64,000 nt of DNA from an uncultured delta proteobacterium (GTDB taxonomy: Bacteria > Myxococcota_A > Polyangia > Polyangiales > Polyangiaceae): positions 3,712,001 to 3,776,000 of the forward strand of contig CAWAIF010000003.1 of assembly GCA_963782055.1 (NCBI GenBank). Direction: 5' to 3'. Under the pieces are notes generated by a model that was not told where the DNA came from, searched no databases, and worked only from the letters and a program-made list of their open reading frames with translations. The number at the start of each line of letters is the position of its first letter. Position 1 is the stretch's first letter. This document shows, one piece after another, positions 1 through 9,968 of the stretch. The position numbers and the translations under genes were made by a program.

Positions 1-22
1 CAACCTGCGCACCGGCGTCCCG

Positions 23-2992
23 GTGATGCTCGACGTGGGCGACGGCAACTTCCCGGTGCCCATCCGCGATCAGGACAACTACTACGCCAACGATCCGCGC
101 GCCTCCGAGCAGAACATCGTGCTGGAGACCGCCGAGGAGGGCGCGGGCAAGACCGCCTACGACCCGGCGCTGGACACCGACTTCGACGGCGTGCTCGATC
201 ACCCCGACACCCTGGCCAGCCTCATGCCCGCAACCGGTGGGGTCCACGGCGTCGACGACCTGCTCACCTTCTACGAGCGCGAGACCGACACGCTGATCCT
301 GCGGCCGCTCTTGCCGATGGACGAGAAGACGGAGTACGCGGTGGTCCTCACCGACAGGCTCGTGGACGCGCAGGGGCGGCCGGTGCGCTCCCCCTTCGAC
401 CTCGTCTACCACCCGACGCAGGTGGAGGCCGCCGCGCAGGTGAAGGCGATCCTGGGGGACGCCTCGCGCGCCAACTACTACGGCGACCTCGCCGGCACCG
501 GCCTCGACCACGTGGCCTTCACCTGGTCCTTCACCACCGCCCCGGCCACCGAGGACCTGCGCCTGCTGCGCGACGGCATGTTCGGGCAGGGCCCCTTCGC
601 CCGCCTGGCGACCGACTTCCCGCCGAAGGTCTCCATCTTCCGGGCGGCGGGGCTCACGCGCGACGTGAACGACGAGCCCGCGTGGAAGACCGACCCGCGG
701 TGCCAGACCGTCTCCCCCACGCCCTACGTCGTGCACATCCCCGACGTGATGGAGATGCTCCACCAGGTCGTCGGCCGCGTCTTCTCCCTCAGCGGCCCGG
801 AGGAGACCGCGCTCGAAGACTCCCTGAAGAACGTCGACCACTTCGTCATCGGCACCTACCCCCTGCCTTACTTCCTGGGCGACGACCCGGCGCACGAGCA
901 GCCCACGAGCCGCTTCCACCTCAACTACCGGACCGGCGAGGGCCGGGTGACGACCGACGTCGGCCACTTCTGGCTGAGCGTGCCCAAGGCGCGCGGCGCG
1001 ATGAAGCAGCCCTTCCCCACCGTGGTGTGGGGCCACGGCACCACCCTCAACGGCGCCGAGATCCTCATCCGCGCGGGCTACTTCGCCCGCCAGGGGCTGG
1101 CGGTGATGGGCTTCGACGGCCCCGGCCACGGCCTGGTGCTCGATCAGGGCACGCAGATCCTCGCGCAGGGCCTGCTCTACAACGCGTGCCTGGTGCCGTG
1201 GATCGACGCGCTGACGAGCGGGCGCGCGCACGACCTGGACGGCGACGGCGTGGCGGATCCCGGCGGCCTGCTGTGGACGGCGAACATCTTCCACTCCCGC
1301 GACAACATCCGGCAGACGGTGCTCGACGGCATCCAGGCCGGGCGCGTCCTCATGAGCTTCGACGGACGCGTGGGCGACCAGGACTACAACGACGACGGCA
1401 AGCCGGAGCTCGCCGGCGACTTCGACGCCGACGGGACGCCGGACGTGGGCGGCCCCCTCTTCTCCTCCGGCGACTCCTACGGCGGCATCTTCGCGCAGAT
1501 CCACGCCGCGCTGGACCCCAACGTCGTGGCCGGCGGGTCCATCTCCGGCGGCGGCGGCCTCACCGACGTCGCCGCGCGCTCCTACGGCGTCGTCGACTCG
1601 GTCATCGAGCAGATCATCACCCCGCTCGTCATCGCCGTACCCGCGAGCGAGCGCTCCTCCAGCCCCAAGCCCGGCTCCACCGTGTGCAAGAGCACGCAGC
1701 GGAGCGTGCGGCTGGTGGTCAACGATCTCACCCACTCGCGCGAGATCGAGATCGCGTGCCTGGACCCGGGCGATCTCGGCCCGGGCATGACGGTGCTCGT
1801 GCACGACCCCGACGACGGCGAGACACGCTGCGCGCGCACCGGCCCGGACGGCCGCTTCCGGATGCCCATCCCCGCGAGCGCCAACGACCGCCTGCAGGTC
1901 CAGATCTTCGGGGAGCCCGACGCGGTCGACAGCTACGGGTCCTGCGTGGTGAAGGCGGACGCGCCGGTGGGCCGCGCCATCACCACCTTCGAGCAGCCGG
2001 CGGCGGCGTACCGACCGGTGGCGGACGCCTCGCAGCAGTGCCCCGACCCAGCAGGGTGCCAGCAGTACCGCACGACGTACTACCCGGTGGGATCGGTGCT
2101 GCGCACGCCGCAGGGCGGCCTGGGCCTGCGCCGGCAGACGCCGGAGGTGCGCAAGCTGCTGCAGCTCACGCAGGCCGCGCTGGAGCCCGCCGATCCCATC
2201 AACTACGCGCCGCTCTACATGCTGCGGCCCAACATCCTGCCCGACGGCTCGGTCGCCCCGCCCAAGCCCTTCCTGGACTCCATGACGGTGGCGGACGGCT
2301 TCGTCGTGGTGGCGACAGGGCACGCCTTCGCGCGGGCGATGGGCGCCCTCCCCTTCCTGCCGCCCGACGCCCTCGCCCGGATGCCCGACTACGCCGACTA
2401 TGTCACGCCGAAGGCGCTCTACGATCAGCTCGGCGGCAAGACCCCCAACGACGTCCTCATCGAGCACCACGCGCTGGAGGGCGTCGCGCGGCTGGCGCGT
2501 GAGCCCGCCGGGCCGAGCTGCGCGCCCAACTACGTCGAGAGCGCGGACTGCACCGGCTCCACCAAGCCTGACCCCACCACGTGCGCCGACACCGTCTTCG
2601 ACCCCGACTGGCACGCCGAGGGGCGCGATCTGTACGCCGCGCAGCACCCGGCGATGCCGCTGCGCCTCGCCCGGGAGGCCACCATGCGGGCCACCGACCC
2701 CGATAGCCTCGCCGCCTCGTGGGCGCCGCGGCTGCTGGGCGTCCCCTTCTCCGACGACGGCGGCTACACCCCGGCCGAGCCGCTCGTGGGCATGATGGAC
2801 GCGTACATCAGCCCGAAGGGCGAGCACGTGTGGACCACCGCCAACCCGTGCAAGGCGTGGGACGACGCGGTCTACTACGACGGCGTCCTCGCCCGCTTCT
2901 TCGCCTCGCGCGGGACCGACCTCTACTACCTGTCACACCCCAGGACCCACCAGTGCTTGATGGATCAATCGTGCGACTTCCTTCAGCCCTGA
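23..2992 (+). CDS. Large putative exported alpha/beta-hydrolase-fold protein (probably truncated at window start)
   Basis: 989-aa ORF with GC3-biased codons; VVWGHG, GFDGPGHG and a GDSYGG nucleophile-elbow-like motif; several DxDxDG Ca-binding-like loops. Confidence 0.6.
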   Translation: MMLDVGDGNFPVPIRDQDNYYANDPRASEQNIVLETAEEGAGKTAYDPALDTDFDGVLDHPDTLASLMPATGGVHGVDDLLTFYERETDTLILRPLLPMDEKTEYAVVLTDRLVDAQGRPVRSPFDLVYHPTQVEAAAQVKAILGDASRANYYGDLAGTGLDHVAFTWSFTTAPATEDLRLLRDGMFGQGPFARLATDFPPKVSIFRAAGLTRDVNDEPAWKTDPRCQTVSPTPYVVHIPDVMEMLHQVVGRVFSLSGPEETALEDSLKNVDHFVIGTYPLPYFLGDDPAHEQPTSRFHLNYRTGEGRVTTDVGHFWLSVPKARGAMKQPFPTVVWGHGTTLNGAEILIRAGYFARQGLAVMGFDGPGHGLVLDQGTQILAQGLLYNACLVPWIDALTSGRAHDLDGDGVADPGGLLWTANIFHSRDNIRQTVLDGIQAGRVLMSFDGRVGDQDYNDDGKPELAGDFDADGTPDVGGPLFSSGDSYGGIFAQIHAALDPNVVAGGSISGGGGLTDVAARSYGVVDSVIEQIITPLVIAVPASERSSSPKPGSTVCKSTQRSVRLVVNDLTHSREIEIACLDPGDLGPGMTVLVHDPDDGETRCARTGPDGRFRMPIPASANDRLQVQIFGEPDAVDSYGSCVVKADAPVGRAITTFEQPAAAYRPVADASQQCPDPAGCQQYRTTYYPVGSVLRTPQGGLGLRRQTPEVRKLLQLTQAALEPADPINYAPLYMLRPNILPDGSVAPPKPFLDSMTVADGFVVVATGHAFARAMGALPFLPPDALARMPDYADYVTPKALYDQLGGKTPNDVLIEHHALEGVARLAREPAGPSCAPNYVESADCTGSTKPDPTTCADTVFDPDWHAEGRDLYAAQHPAMPLRLAREATMRATDPDSLAASWAPRLLGVPFSDDGGYTPAEPLVGMMDAYISPKGEHVWTTANPCKAWDDAVYYDGVLARFFASRGTDLYYLSHPRTHQCLMDQSCDFLQP

Positions 2993-3189
2993 CGCTCCTG
3001 CTCGCCGTCGCCCCCTGGCGTGCCGGCGTCCTCGGGTGAGGCCGGCGGCTGCACGCCGGACCAGTCGATGCCGCGCCAGCGGATGTTCTCCGAGCGGGGC
3101 CGGCGGGCGGTGCGCCAGGTCATGCGCATGAGGAACATCGCCACGAAGAAGCCCACAGCGGCGATGAGGACGGGGTAGTGGATCGTCAC
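2983..3189 (-). CDS. Small hypothetical membrane protein
   Basis: GTG at 3189 with TAGGCT -10-like box 7 nt upstream; one hydrophobic segment (VLIAAVGFFVAMFLM). Confidence 0.5.
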   Translation of the reverse strand: MTIHYPVLIAAVGFFVAMFLMRMTWRTARRPRSENIRWRGIDWSGVQPPASPEDAGTPGGDGEQERQG

Positions 3190-3287
3190 GCGTCCAAGCC
3201 TAGCACTGCCCGCGCGCCGTCGCCCCGGGCCGGCTCGGGCGTTTGGGCGTGGCACGCGGCGGCGCGTTGTTCTAGCTTTCGCCGGCG

Positions 3288-3791
3288 ATGCGCTACTACG
3301 TCTCGACCGGCGGCAAGCCCGTGGAAGTGGATGTCCGGGAGCTGCCCAGCGGCCAGCTCGAGGTAGCCGTGGACGGCCGCCAGGTCGAGGTGGACGTCGT
3401 CCCCCTGCGCGCCGCCCTCTCGGTGCGCGTCGACGGCGTGGTGGTGGACCTCACCGTCGAGGGCTCTCCCCCGGAGCTCGGCGCTGTCGCCAGCGGCCAC
3501 CGCTCCTACGTGCGCGTGGAGAGCGAGCGCGAGCGCGCCGCCGCCGCCGCGGCCGGCCACCACGGCGGTTCGGGCGAAGGCGTGCTGCGCTCCCCCATGC
3601 CGGGCCGCGTCGTGAAGGTGCTGGTCGCCCCCGGAGACGAGGTGCAGCCCGGACAGCCGGTCGTCGTCATCGAGGCCATGAAGATGGAGAACGAGCTCAA
3701 GGCGAAGGCGAAGGCCACGGTGAGCGCGGTGCACGTCAAGACCGGCGAGGCGGTGGAGGGGAACGCCAAGCTCCTGACCTTCGCGTCGTGA
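3288..3791 (+). CDS. Biotin carboxyl carrier protein (biotin/lipoyl attachment domain)
   Basis: SPMPGRVVKV and IEAMKMENEL biotinylation motif. Confidence 0.9.
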   Translation: MRYYVSTGGKPVEVDVRELPSGQLEVAVDGRQVEVDVVPLRAALSVRVDGVVVDLTVEGSPPELGAVASGHRSYVRVESERERAAAAAAGHHGGSGEGVLRSPMPGRVVKVLVAPGDEVQPGQPVVVIEAMKMENELKAKAKATVSAVHVKTGEAVEGNAKLLTFAS

Positions 3792-4831
3792 GCCGCCTGC
3801 CCCGCCTCCACCTGATCTTCGCGCCCACGCCGGTGGTGCAGCGGCCTGCCCTCTCCGAGCTGATCGGTGTGGACCTGTGGATCAAGCGCGACGACGCCAC
3901 CGGCGGCGCGGAGGCGGGCAACAAGATCCGCAAGCTGGAGCTGCTCCTCGCCGACGCCCTGGCGAAGGGCGCGCGGCACGTGGTCACCTGCGGCGGCATC
4001 CAGTCCAACCACGCGCGCGCGACGGCGCTGGCGTGCGCGGGGCTCGGCCTGGGGTGCACCCTCTTGCTGCGCGTGCAGGAGGGGGCGTCCGGCCCGGAGC
4101 GCGACGCGCCCGCCGGGTCCCTGCCGCGCACCGGCAACGTGCTGCTCGACCGGCTCGCCGGCGCGCGCATCCGCACCATCACCCCCGGGGACTACGCGCA
4201 GCGCGGCGCGTGCATGGCGGCAGTGGCGGCCGAGATCGAGCGGCTCACCGGCGAGCGCGCCCACGTCATCCCGGAGGGCGGCTCCAACGGCATCGGCGCC
4301 CTCGGCTACGTGCTGGCCATGCAGGAGCTCCGCCAGCAGATGGACCTGGGGCTGGCAGGCGGCCGCGCCCCCTTCGACGAGATCGTCCACGCCTGCGGCT
4401 CCGGCGGGACCGCCGCCGGCGTGGCGCTCGGCGCGCGGGCCTCCGGCGTGGCCGATCGCGTCCGCGCGGTGGCCGTCTGCGACGACGAGGCCTACTTCCG
4501 CGGCGTGATCGACGGCATCGTCCGCGAGGCGCGCGCCGTCGGCGCGGGCGCCGGCCTCCTGCTGGAGGCGCCCGCGGAGCTCGTCGTCGACGACCGCTCG
4601 AAGGGCCCGCGCTACGGGGTGATGGACGACGATCAGCTCGCCTTCCTCGTCCGCGTGGCGCGCGCCTCCGGGCTGGTCCTCGATCCCGTCTACACCGGCA
4701 AGGCGCTCTACGGCCTGTGGCGCGCGGTGGAGCGCGGCGACGTCGCGCGCGGCGCACGCGTGCTCTTCCTGCACACCGGCGGGCTGCCCGGCCTGCTGGC
4801 GCAGGGCGACGCCGTGGAGGCCGCGCTGTGA
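3788..4831 (+). CDS. D-cysteine desulfhydrase / ACC deaminase family PLP enzyme
   Basis: KRDD, GNKIRKLE, GGIQSNH, PEGGS, GSGGT, LDPVYTGKA, FLHTGG motifs; GTGA overlap with upstream gene. Confidence 0.9.
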   Translation: MSRLPRLHLIFAPTPVVQRPALSELIGVDLWIKRDDATGGAEAGNKIRKLELLLADALAKGARHVVTCGGIQSNHARATALACAGLGLGCTLLLRVQEGASGPERDAPAGSLPRTGNVLLDRLAGARIRTITPGDYAQRGACMAAVAAEIERLTGERAHVIPEGGSNGIGALGYVLAMQELRQQMDLGLAGGRAPFDEIVHACGSGGTAAGVALGARASGVADRVRAVAVCDDEAYFRGVIDGIVREARAVGAGAGLLLEAPAELVVDDRSKGPRYGVMDDDQLAFLVRVARASGLVLDPVYTGKALYGLWRAVERGDVARGARVLFLHTGGLPGLLAQGDAVEAAL

Positions 4832-5613
4832 GCGCCGCGGGCACCACGGCGGTGGACCGCAAGGCGGCCTTCAAGGACACGGCGAAGGTCGCCCTGTGGG
4901 GACTGGCGCTGTTCACGGCGGTCAGCGCGGTGGGCGCGTACCTCTCGCACAACCACTCCGGGGCGATCGTCGCGCAGCTCCTGCTCGCCGAGTTCGGGAC
5001 CGGGAAGCTGGGCGTGGCGTGGTCGGATCCGCTCGCGCCGCTGCCCACCTTCAAGGCCCTCCTGATGCGCGCCCTGCGTGGCATGGGCTACGGCGTCGCG
5101 GTCGCCGCCGTGCTGCTCGGCCTGGTGGTGATGACCCACCGGGCGGACATCCGCGCGGGCAGCCCCGCCATCGCGCCCATCACGATCGGCCTGCTCATGA
5201 CCGCCTTCGCCGCCGCGCGCGACGAGCTGCTGCTGCGCGGCCTGGTCCTGCGCGCCGCCGGGCCGACCGTCGGCCCGTGGGTGAAGCTCGCGCTGTGCGG
5301 GCTCGCCGCGGCGGCCTTCCGCTTCGGCGTCGACCCCTCCGCCGGGCCGTGGGGCGCCGCCTTCTCCGGCCTGCTGGGCGTGGGCCTCGGCGCGCTCTGG
5401 CTGGTCGACCGCGGGGCGTGGCTCGCGGTGGGGGCGAACGCGGCCTACGGCTTCGTCCTCGGCCCGCTGTCGGAGGGCGGCGTGCTGGACGTGCGGCCGC
5501 ACGGGGATACCCCGCTGGACGCGAGCGCGCTGGCGGTGGTCGTGGGGATCGTGGTGGCCGCGTCGGGGATCGCGCTGGTACGGCGGCGGCAAGATCACGC
5601 GGCGAAGAGCTGA
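4828..5613 (+). CDS. CPBP (CAAX protease/Abi)-like membrane protein
   Basis: GTGA overlap; multi-TM; DELLLRG resembles the EExxxR motif (degenerate). Confidence 0.55.
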   Translation: MSAAGTTAVDRKAAFKDTAKVALWGLALFTAVSAVGAYLSHNHSGAIVAQLLLAEFGTGKLGVAWSDPLAPLPTFKALLMRALRGMGYGVAVAAVLLGLVVMTHRADIRAGSPAIAPITIGLLMTAFAAARDELLLRGLVLRAAGPTVGPWVKLALCGLAAAAFRFGVDPSAGPWGAAFSGLLGVGLGALWLVDRGAWLAVGANAAYGFVLGPLSEGGVLDVRPHGDTPLDASALAVVVGIVVAASGIALVRRRQDHAAKS

Positions 5614-5758
5614 GTTGGCTCAGGACGACGCCGCGCCCGTGTGGAACGCCGACGTCGCGGGAGGATCGGCGTGGCGGGAACGATTGTGCGATAGCGGCAT
5701 ACCTGGTTGATCCTGTCCGAGGATTGACTCTTGCGCGGCGATCACCTGCGGCCTACGG

Positions 5759-7741
5759 TTGAGTCATTGCGCGGGAGGGCGCCGATGGCGAAGCACGTCA
5801 GGTTCCTGGCTCCAGGCTGCTGGCGTTGGCATCTCCGTGTGCGGCGTCCTTACGGCGGTGATGTCCGGGTCTTGTGGACCTCCTGGGCCCGCAGGTCCGG
5901 ACATCCAGATATCGGCCAACAACACGCTCATCTGGGGCCAGAACGTCGGGCTCGATAGCTACTCCTGGGAAGGCCAGGCGCTGGGACCGGTGCCGGGCTT
6001 CTCGCTGGAGAACGCGCAGATCGGGATCCGCTTCCGCGACGTCGAGGAGCAGCAGGCCGTTTCCTTCGTCACGGGCCAGTGCTCGGGGCACATCTGCCCG
6101 AAATTCGTCCTTCGGCGGCGCCCGGAGCTCCACCTGTTCGAGCGAGATCCTCGCGTCCTCTACTCCGCCCTGACCCTCGACCCCCTGGACAACTCGTGGG
6201 GCGCGAACCTCCGGACCGCGGCCAACCAGGACGTCACGGGTGACGTGAACGTGGGCCCGCCCTACGGCCTGCCCGCCGACGTGGTCATCCCCTATGGTGA
6301 GGACTTCACCCTGATCCCGCAGTACCCGACGCAGGTGGCGATCCCGTCTCTCCAGGAGCAGGACTTTCTGCTTGCGCAGAACGGCTCGACGACACAGCTT
6401 TCGGACTGGCTCCCGGACGGCATCCACTCCATCAAGGGCACGCACATCAGGGCCGTTCGGCTGCTTACCCTGCCGGAGTGCTCGACCGCCGTGAACATCC
6501 AGAGAGACGTGTTCAAGCCCCTGGCCGACCAGGTCAACGGCGCGCTCCACTGCAAGCCGACGGAGATCGCCGGCATCTTCAAGGGGGAGGTGTTCCCCAC
6601 GCTCGTCAATCTCTACGCGGCGACGTACCTGACGCACCAGGACCCGACCGCGCCCGAGTCGCAGGCGATCCTCGAACCGGTCAACCCCTGGGAGGGCGTC
6701 TTCGGCGGCATCATGGTGCACGGGCAGGTGTTCGTCCACACGCAGGTCGACTACAATACCCTCAACTTCAACACCGAGGACTGCACGGTCACGTTCACGT
6801 ACGACCTGCGCTACGCCCTCGACGCGGATGGGATCTTCACCGTGACGCCGTACCGCGTGCAGCTCGACAGCACATCGGGCGTCGCCTGCCAGGGGAACTT
6901 CATCACGAACGACAGCGCGAAGCAGACCATCGACGATCTCTTCGAGAAGGACATCCCCAATTTCGCGCGCGGGACCGCGCTGCAGAAGCAGCAGATCTCG
7001 TTTCCATTCCTGAGCAACGGCACGACGCCAAACACCTCATGGGAGTGTCCGTTTCCTGCGCCCGACCCTGCGGCACTCACCGAGCCGGGAGGCAGTTGCT
7101 CGGGCGCTGCTGCGGACTTGGTGTTCAAGGTCGGCAAAGGCACTGGCACCTTGGGCTTCACCGACTCTCAGAAGGCCGCGGTAAACGCCGCGATCAACGA
7201 CTCCAGGAACTGGCGCTGCCGAGCCCCCAACGCGAACGATCTCACGCAACAATGCGCCCACGGGGGCCCGGTCCGGGGCATCTGCGAGTTCGTCGTGCCC
7301 GCCCAGTCGGTCATCGCAGAACCGGACGAGGTCAGGATCGGGTGGGCCCCACTGAACGACTACGAGAGCTCTTCCGAGGTTGGCCCCAGCACCGTCGCGT
7401 TTGCGGGCGCCGTCGCCGCAGGCGACTACAGGGCGCTGTGCACGCCACCAACGGAGGTATCGAGCGCGAGGCCTTTCTACGAGAGGTACTTCGCCACGCT
7501 CAAGCTCGGCCGCCAGCAGTGCACCGAGCCGCCGCCACCGTTACCCCCGCCGCCACCGCTGGTGTGCCCTTGCACGGGCGACAGCGAGTGCGTGAACGGC
7601 GACAAATGCGCCAGCGTCAATGGAACGAAGCAGTGCCTATTCGTTTGCAGGAACGACAATGACTGCGCAGCACGGGGCCTCTACCCGCACTGCTTCACCA
7701 ATACGGCGGTTCCAACATGTGTGCCACTGTCGCCACCGTGA
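5759..7741 (+). CDS. Hypothetical secreted/lipoprotein with C-terminal poly-Pro linker and Cys-rich domain; start uncertain
   Basis: 660-aa ORF, visibly lower GC than flanks; hydrophobic N-terminus ending SGSC; PPPPLPPPPP then CTGDSECVNGDKC..CRNDNDC. Confidence 0.7.
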   Translation: MSHCAGGRRWRSTSGSWLQAAGVGISVCGVLTAVMSGSCGPPGPAGPDIQISANNTLIWGQNVGLDSYSWEGQALGPVPGFSLENAQIGIRFRDVEEQQAVSFVTGQCSGHICPKFVLRRRPELHLFERDPRVLYSALTLDPLDNSWGANLRTAANQDVTGDVNVGPPYGLPADVVIPYGEDFTLIPQYPTQVAIPSLQEQDFLLAQNGSTTQLSDWLPDGIHSIKGTHIRAVRLLTLPECSTAVNIQRDVFKPLADQVNGALHCKPTEIAGIFKGEVFPTLVNLYAATYLTHQDPTAPESQAILEPVNPWEGVFGGIMVHGQVFVHTQVDYNTLNFNTEDCTVTFTYDLRYALDADGIFTVTPYRVQLDSTSGVACQGNFITNDSAKQTIDDLFEKDIPNFARGTALQKQQISFPFLSNGTTPNTSWECPFPAPDPAALTEPGGSCSGAAADLVFKVGKGTGTLGFTDSQKAAVNAAINDSRNWRCRAPNANDLTQQCAHGGPVRGICEFVVPAQSVIAEPDEVRIGWAPLNDYESSSEVGPSTVAFAGAVAAGDYRALCTPPTEVSSARPFYERYFATLKLGRQQCTEPPPPLPPPPPLVCPCTGDSECVNGDKCASVNGTKQCLFVCRNDNDCAARGLYPHCFTNTAVPTCVPLSPP

Positions 7742-8499
7742 AGCGGACGGTAGCATTGCTGGCCATGGCTGCCCTCGCATGCGGCGGGCAGGTAGTGCCA
7801 GGCAACGGTGACGCGGGCGCGGACGGCGCGCCTGACGGTGCCGGGTACACCGACTGCACGTCCCCGAGCGGGTATGCCGTCTGTGGCGGCCCGAACCAAT
7901 GCGACTTCCACAACTGCATCAGCGCTTGCTCTTATGCGATCCCGCCCAGCGACTTCGGCTTCTGCCTTGGTTCGGGGCTACCGGACCCACTGAACGGGAA
8001 GGTCTGCGAACCAGGATATGGCGGCGATGTCTGCATCCTCATTCCCATCATCAACAGCACCACCGGCTGGGCGGATGCACCCTTCGAGATGGGGCCGCTG
8101 TTCGCCTCCAACGGCGCCGCCGACAGGGTCCGCTACGCCGACCTGAGCCTGTGGACGGGTGATCCGGTCCCGGATCCCCAGAGCTGCCCGGACCTCGGGG
8201 GCACACCGGCATGCGGCGGTGCTTGCGGAGCATGCCCGGCGGGGTTCACCTGTCGCGGCAGGTCGCCGCTTCATCCCGTGGGGTTCTGTTCGGACGACTC
8301 GGCGAACTGGGGCGCCAACTGCGGGGCGCCCCCCTCCGTCTATCACGGGGCGTGTCCCAAGTCTCAGGGCTGCTTCACGTATCTGGTGCAACCGGAGGTG
8401 CAGAAGGACGCCGACGACGCGGGCATGTGCCTGCCGATCGACCAGTGCAACGCCCTCGCCGCCGCCATGCCCGGCGGCGCGAAGTGCACGCCGCCGTAG
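7738..8499 (+). CDS. Cys-rich lipoprotein
   Basis: GTGA overlap; KRTVALLAMAALAC lipobox, DAGADG linker, many Cys including CGGACGAC. Confidence 0.75.
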   Translation: MKRTVALLAMAALACGGQVVPGNGDAGADGAPDGAGYTDCTSPSGYAVCGGPNQCDFHNCISACSYAIPPSDFGFCLGSGLPDPLNGKVCEPGYGGDVCILIPIINSTTGWADAPFEMGPLFASNGAADRVRYADLSLWTGDPVPDPQSCPDLGGTPACGGACGACPAGFTCRGRSPLHPVGFCSDDSANWGANCGAPPSVYHGACPKSQGCFTYLVQPEVQKDADDAGMCLPIDQCNALAAAMPGGAKCTPP

Positions 8500-8549
8500 T
8501 CTCGCCGACGGTGACGCGACGGCACGTGGCCTTGGTGTACGATGCCCCC

Positions 8550-9968
8550 GTGACCCAGGACGAAGGACCCAGCGCGTCGGTGCCGCCCCCGGCCGACTCG
8601 GTGCGCGAGATGGCGAGCGAGGAGTTCCTCTTCCACCTCTACCGCGGCGCCGAGATGCTCCAGGACGACCGCGTCCACGAGGCGAAGGAGGAGCTGGAGG
8701 CCGCCCTCGACCTGCAGCCGCGCGATCCGAAGGGTCAGGACCTGCTCGCGGTCGTCTACTTCCGCATCGGCCTCTACCCGCGCGCCATCCAGATCTACGA
8801 GGTGCTCCTGCGCGACAACCCGCGCGACACCTCGCTGATGATCAACCTGGCGCTCTGCTACCTGAAGACCGGCCAGAGCCCGGCGGCGCGCAGCGTGCTG
8901 GAGGAGCTGGTGCAGCTGGTGCCGGAGCACCGCCGGGCGTGGGGCTACCTGGGCCTCGCCTACGAGCGCCTGGGCGACTTCGAGAAGGCGGAGCAGTCCT
9001 TCGAGCGCGCCGGCCACGCGGCGATGGCGCGGCGCATGGCGCAGATGCGCCCGCAGAACTCGCTCCCGCCGCCCTCCGAGACGGAGCCCAACCGCGCCGA
9101 GCAGGCCGCCATCCGCGCCACCGCCGCCGTCGCCTTCCAGGAGCTGGACAGCGGCGAGCTCTCCTTCGCCCTCGCCGAGCCGGCGATGCGCCGGACCGAG
9201 TCGGGGACCTGGCGCGCGGTGGAGATCGGGGCCGCCGTGCGCACGTCGCCCTCGGTGCCCCCGCCCCCGCCCGCCGCGGCGCCCGCGCCCGCCGCCCACG
9301 CCTCCGAGCCCGCCGCGAGCCCCGCGCCGATGCGCCCGCCCCGGCCCTTCGGCGACGTGGTGCGCGACGGCCACCTGGTGCCGGCGCAGACCGACACGGT
9401 GACGATGCACCCCTCCGGCCTGGTGCTGGTGCAGCCCTCCGACTCCGAGCTCGCCGTGCGGATGGGCGCGGTGCGCAGCTACTCCGGCACGCTGCAGACC
9501 AGCATCCTGGAGCGACAGACCCGCACCCCCTCCAGCGAGCCCTTCGGCGGTCTGGGCGCGCCGCTGATGCGGATGAAGCACGGCGGCCCGGTGCTCATCG
9601 GTCCTCGAGCCGCCCACCGGCTGGTCCCGGTGCAGCTCGCCGGGGACATCGTCTTCCTGCGCGAGGACGTGGTGCTCGGCTTCGAGCTGCGCCTCACCTA
9701 CGAGAACGGCCGCCTCACCTTCGGCGAGGGCGAGACGCTCGCGGTCGTGCAGTTTCGCGGGGAGGGCGCGGTGCTGCTGGAGCTGCTCGATCCCATCGTC
9801 GCCCTGGACGTCACCTCCAGGCGCAGCGTGGTGGTGCGCCGCGAGTCCATCGTCGGGTGGCAGGGGCGCCTTCTCCCCCGCGCCCTCCCCATGAGCGAGG
9901 CGCCGTCCGGTCAGCGCGGCCTGCTCAGCTTCTCCGGCGACGGCGCCGTGCTCCTGTCGGGTCGGTGA
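8550..9968 (+). CDS. TPR protein with C-terminal AIM24-like domain
   Basis: TPR-like helices (AWGYLGLAYERLGDFEKAEQSFERA), Pro/Ala linker, C-terminal FLREDVVLGFE..VQFRGEGAVLL..FSGDGAVLL; TACGAT box 6 nt before GTG. Confidence 0.7.
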   Translation: MTQDEGPSASVPPPADSVREMASEEFLFHLYRGAEMLQDDRVHEAKEELEAALDLQPRDPKGQDLLAVVYFRIGLYPRAIQIYEVLLRDNPRDTSLMINLALCYLKTGQSPAARSVLEELVQLVPEHRRAWGYLGLAYERLGDFEKAEQSFERAGHAAMARRMAQMRPQNSLPPPSETEPNRAEQAAIRATAAVAFQELDSGELSFALAEPAMRRTESGTWRAVEIGAAVRTSPSVPPPPPAAAPAPAAHASEPAASPAPMRPPRPFGDVVRDGHLVPAQTDTVTMHPSGLVLVQPSDSELAVRMGAVRSYSGTLQTSILERQTRTPSSEPFGGLGAPLMRMKHGGPVLIGPRAAHRLVPVQLAGDIVFLREDVVLGFELRLTYENGRLTFGEGETLAVVQFRGEGAVLLELLDPIVALDVTSRRSVVVRRESIVGWQGRLLPRALPMSEAPSGQRGLLSFSGDGAVLLSGR

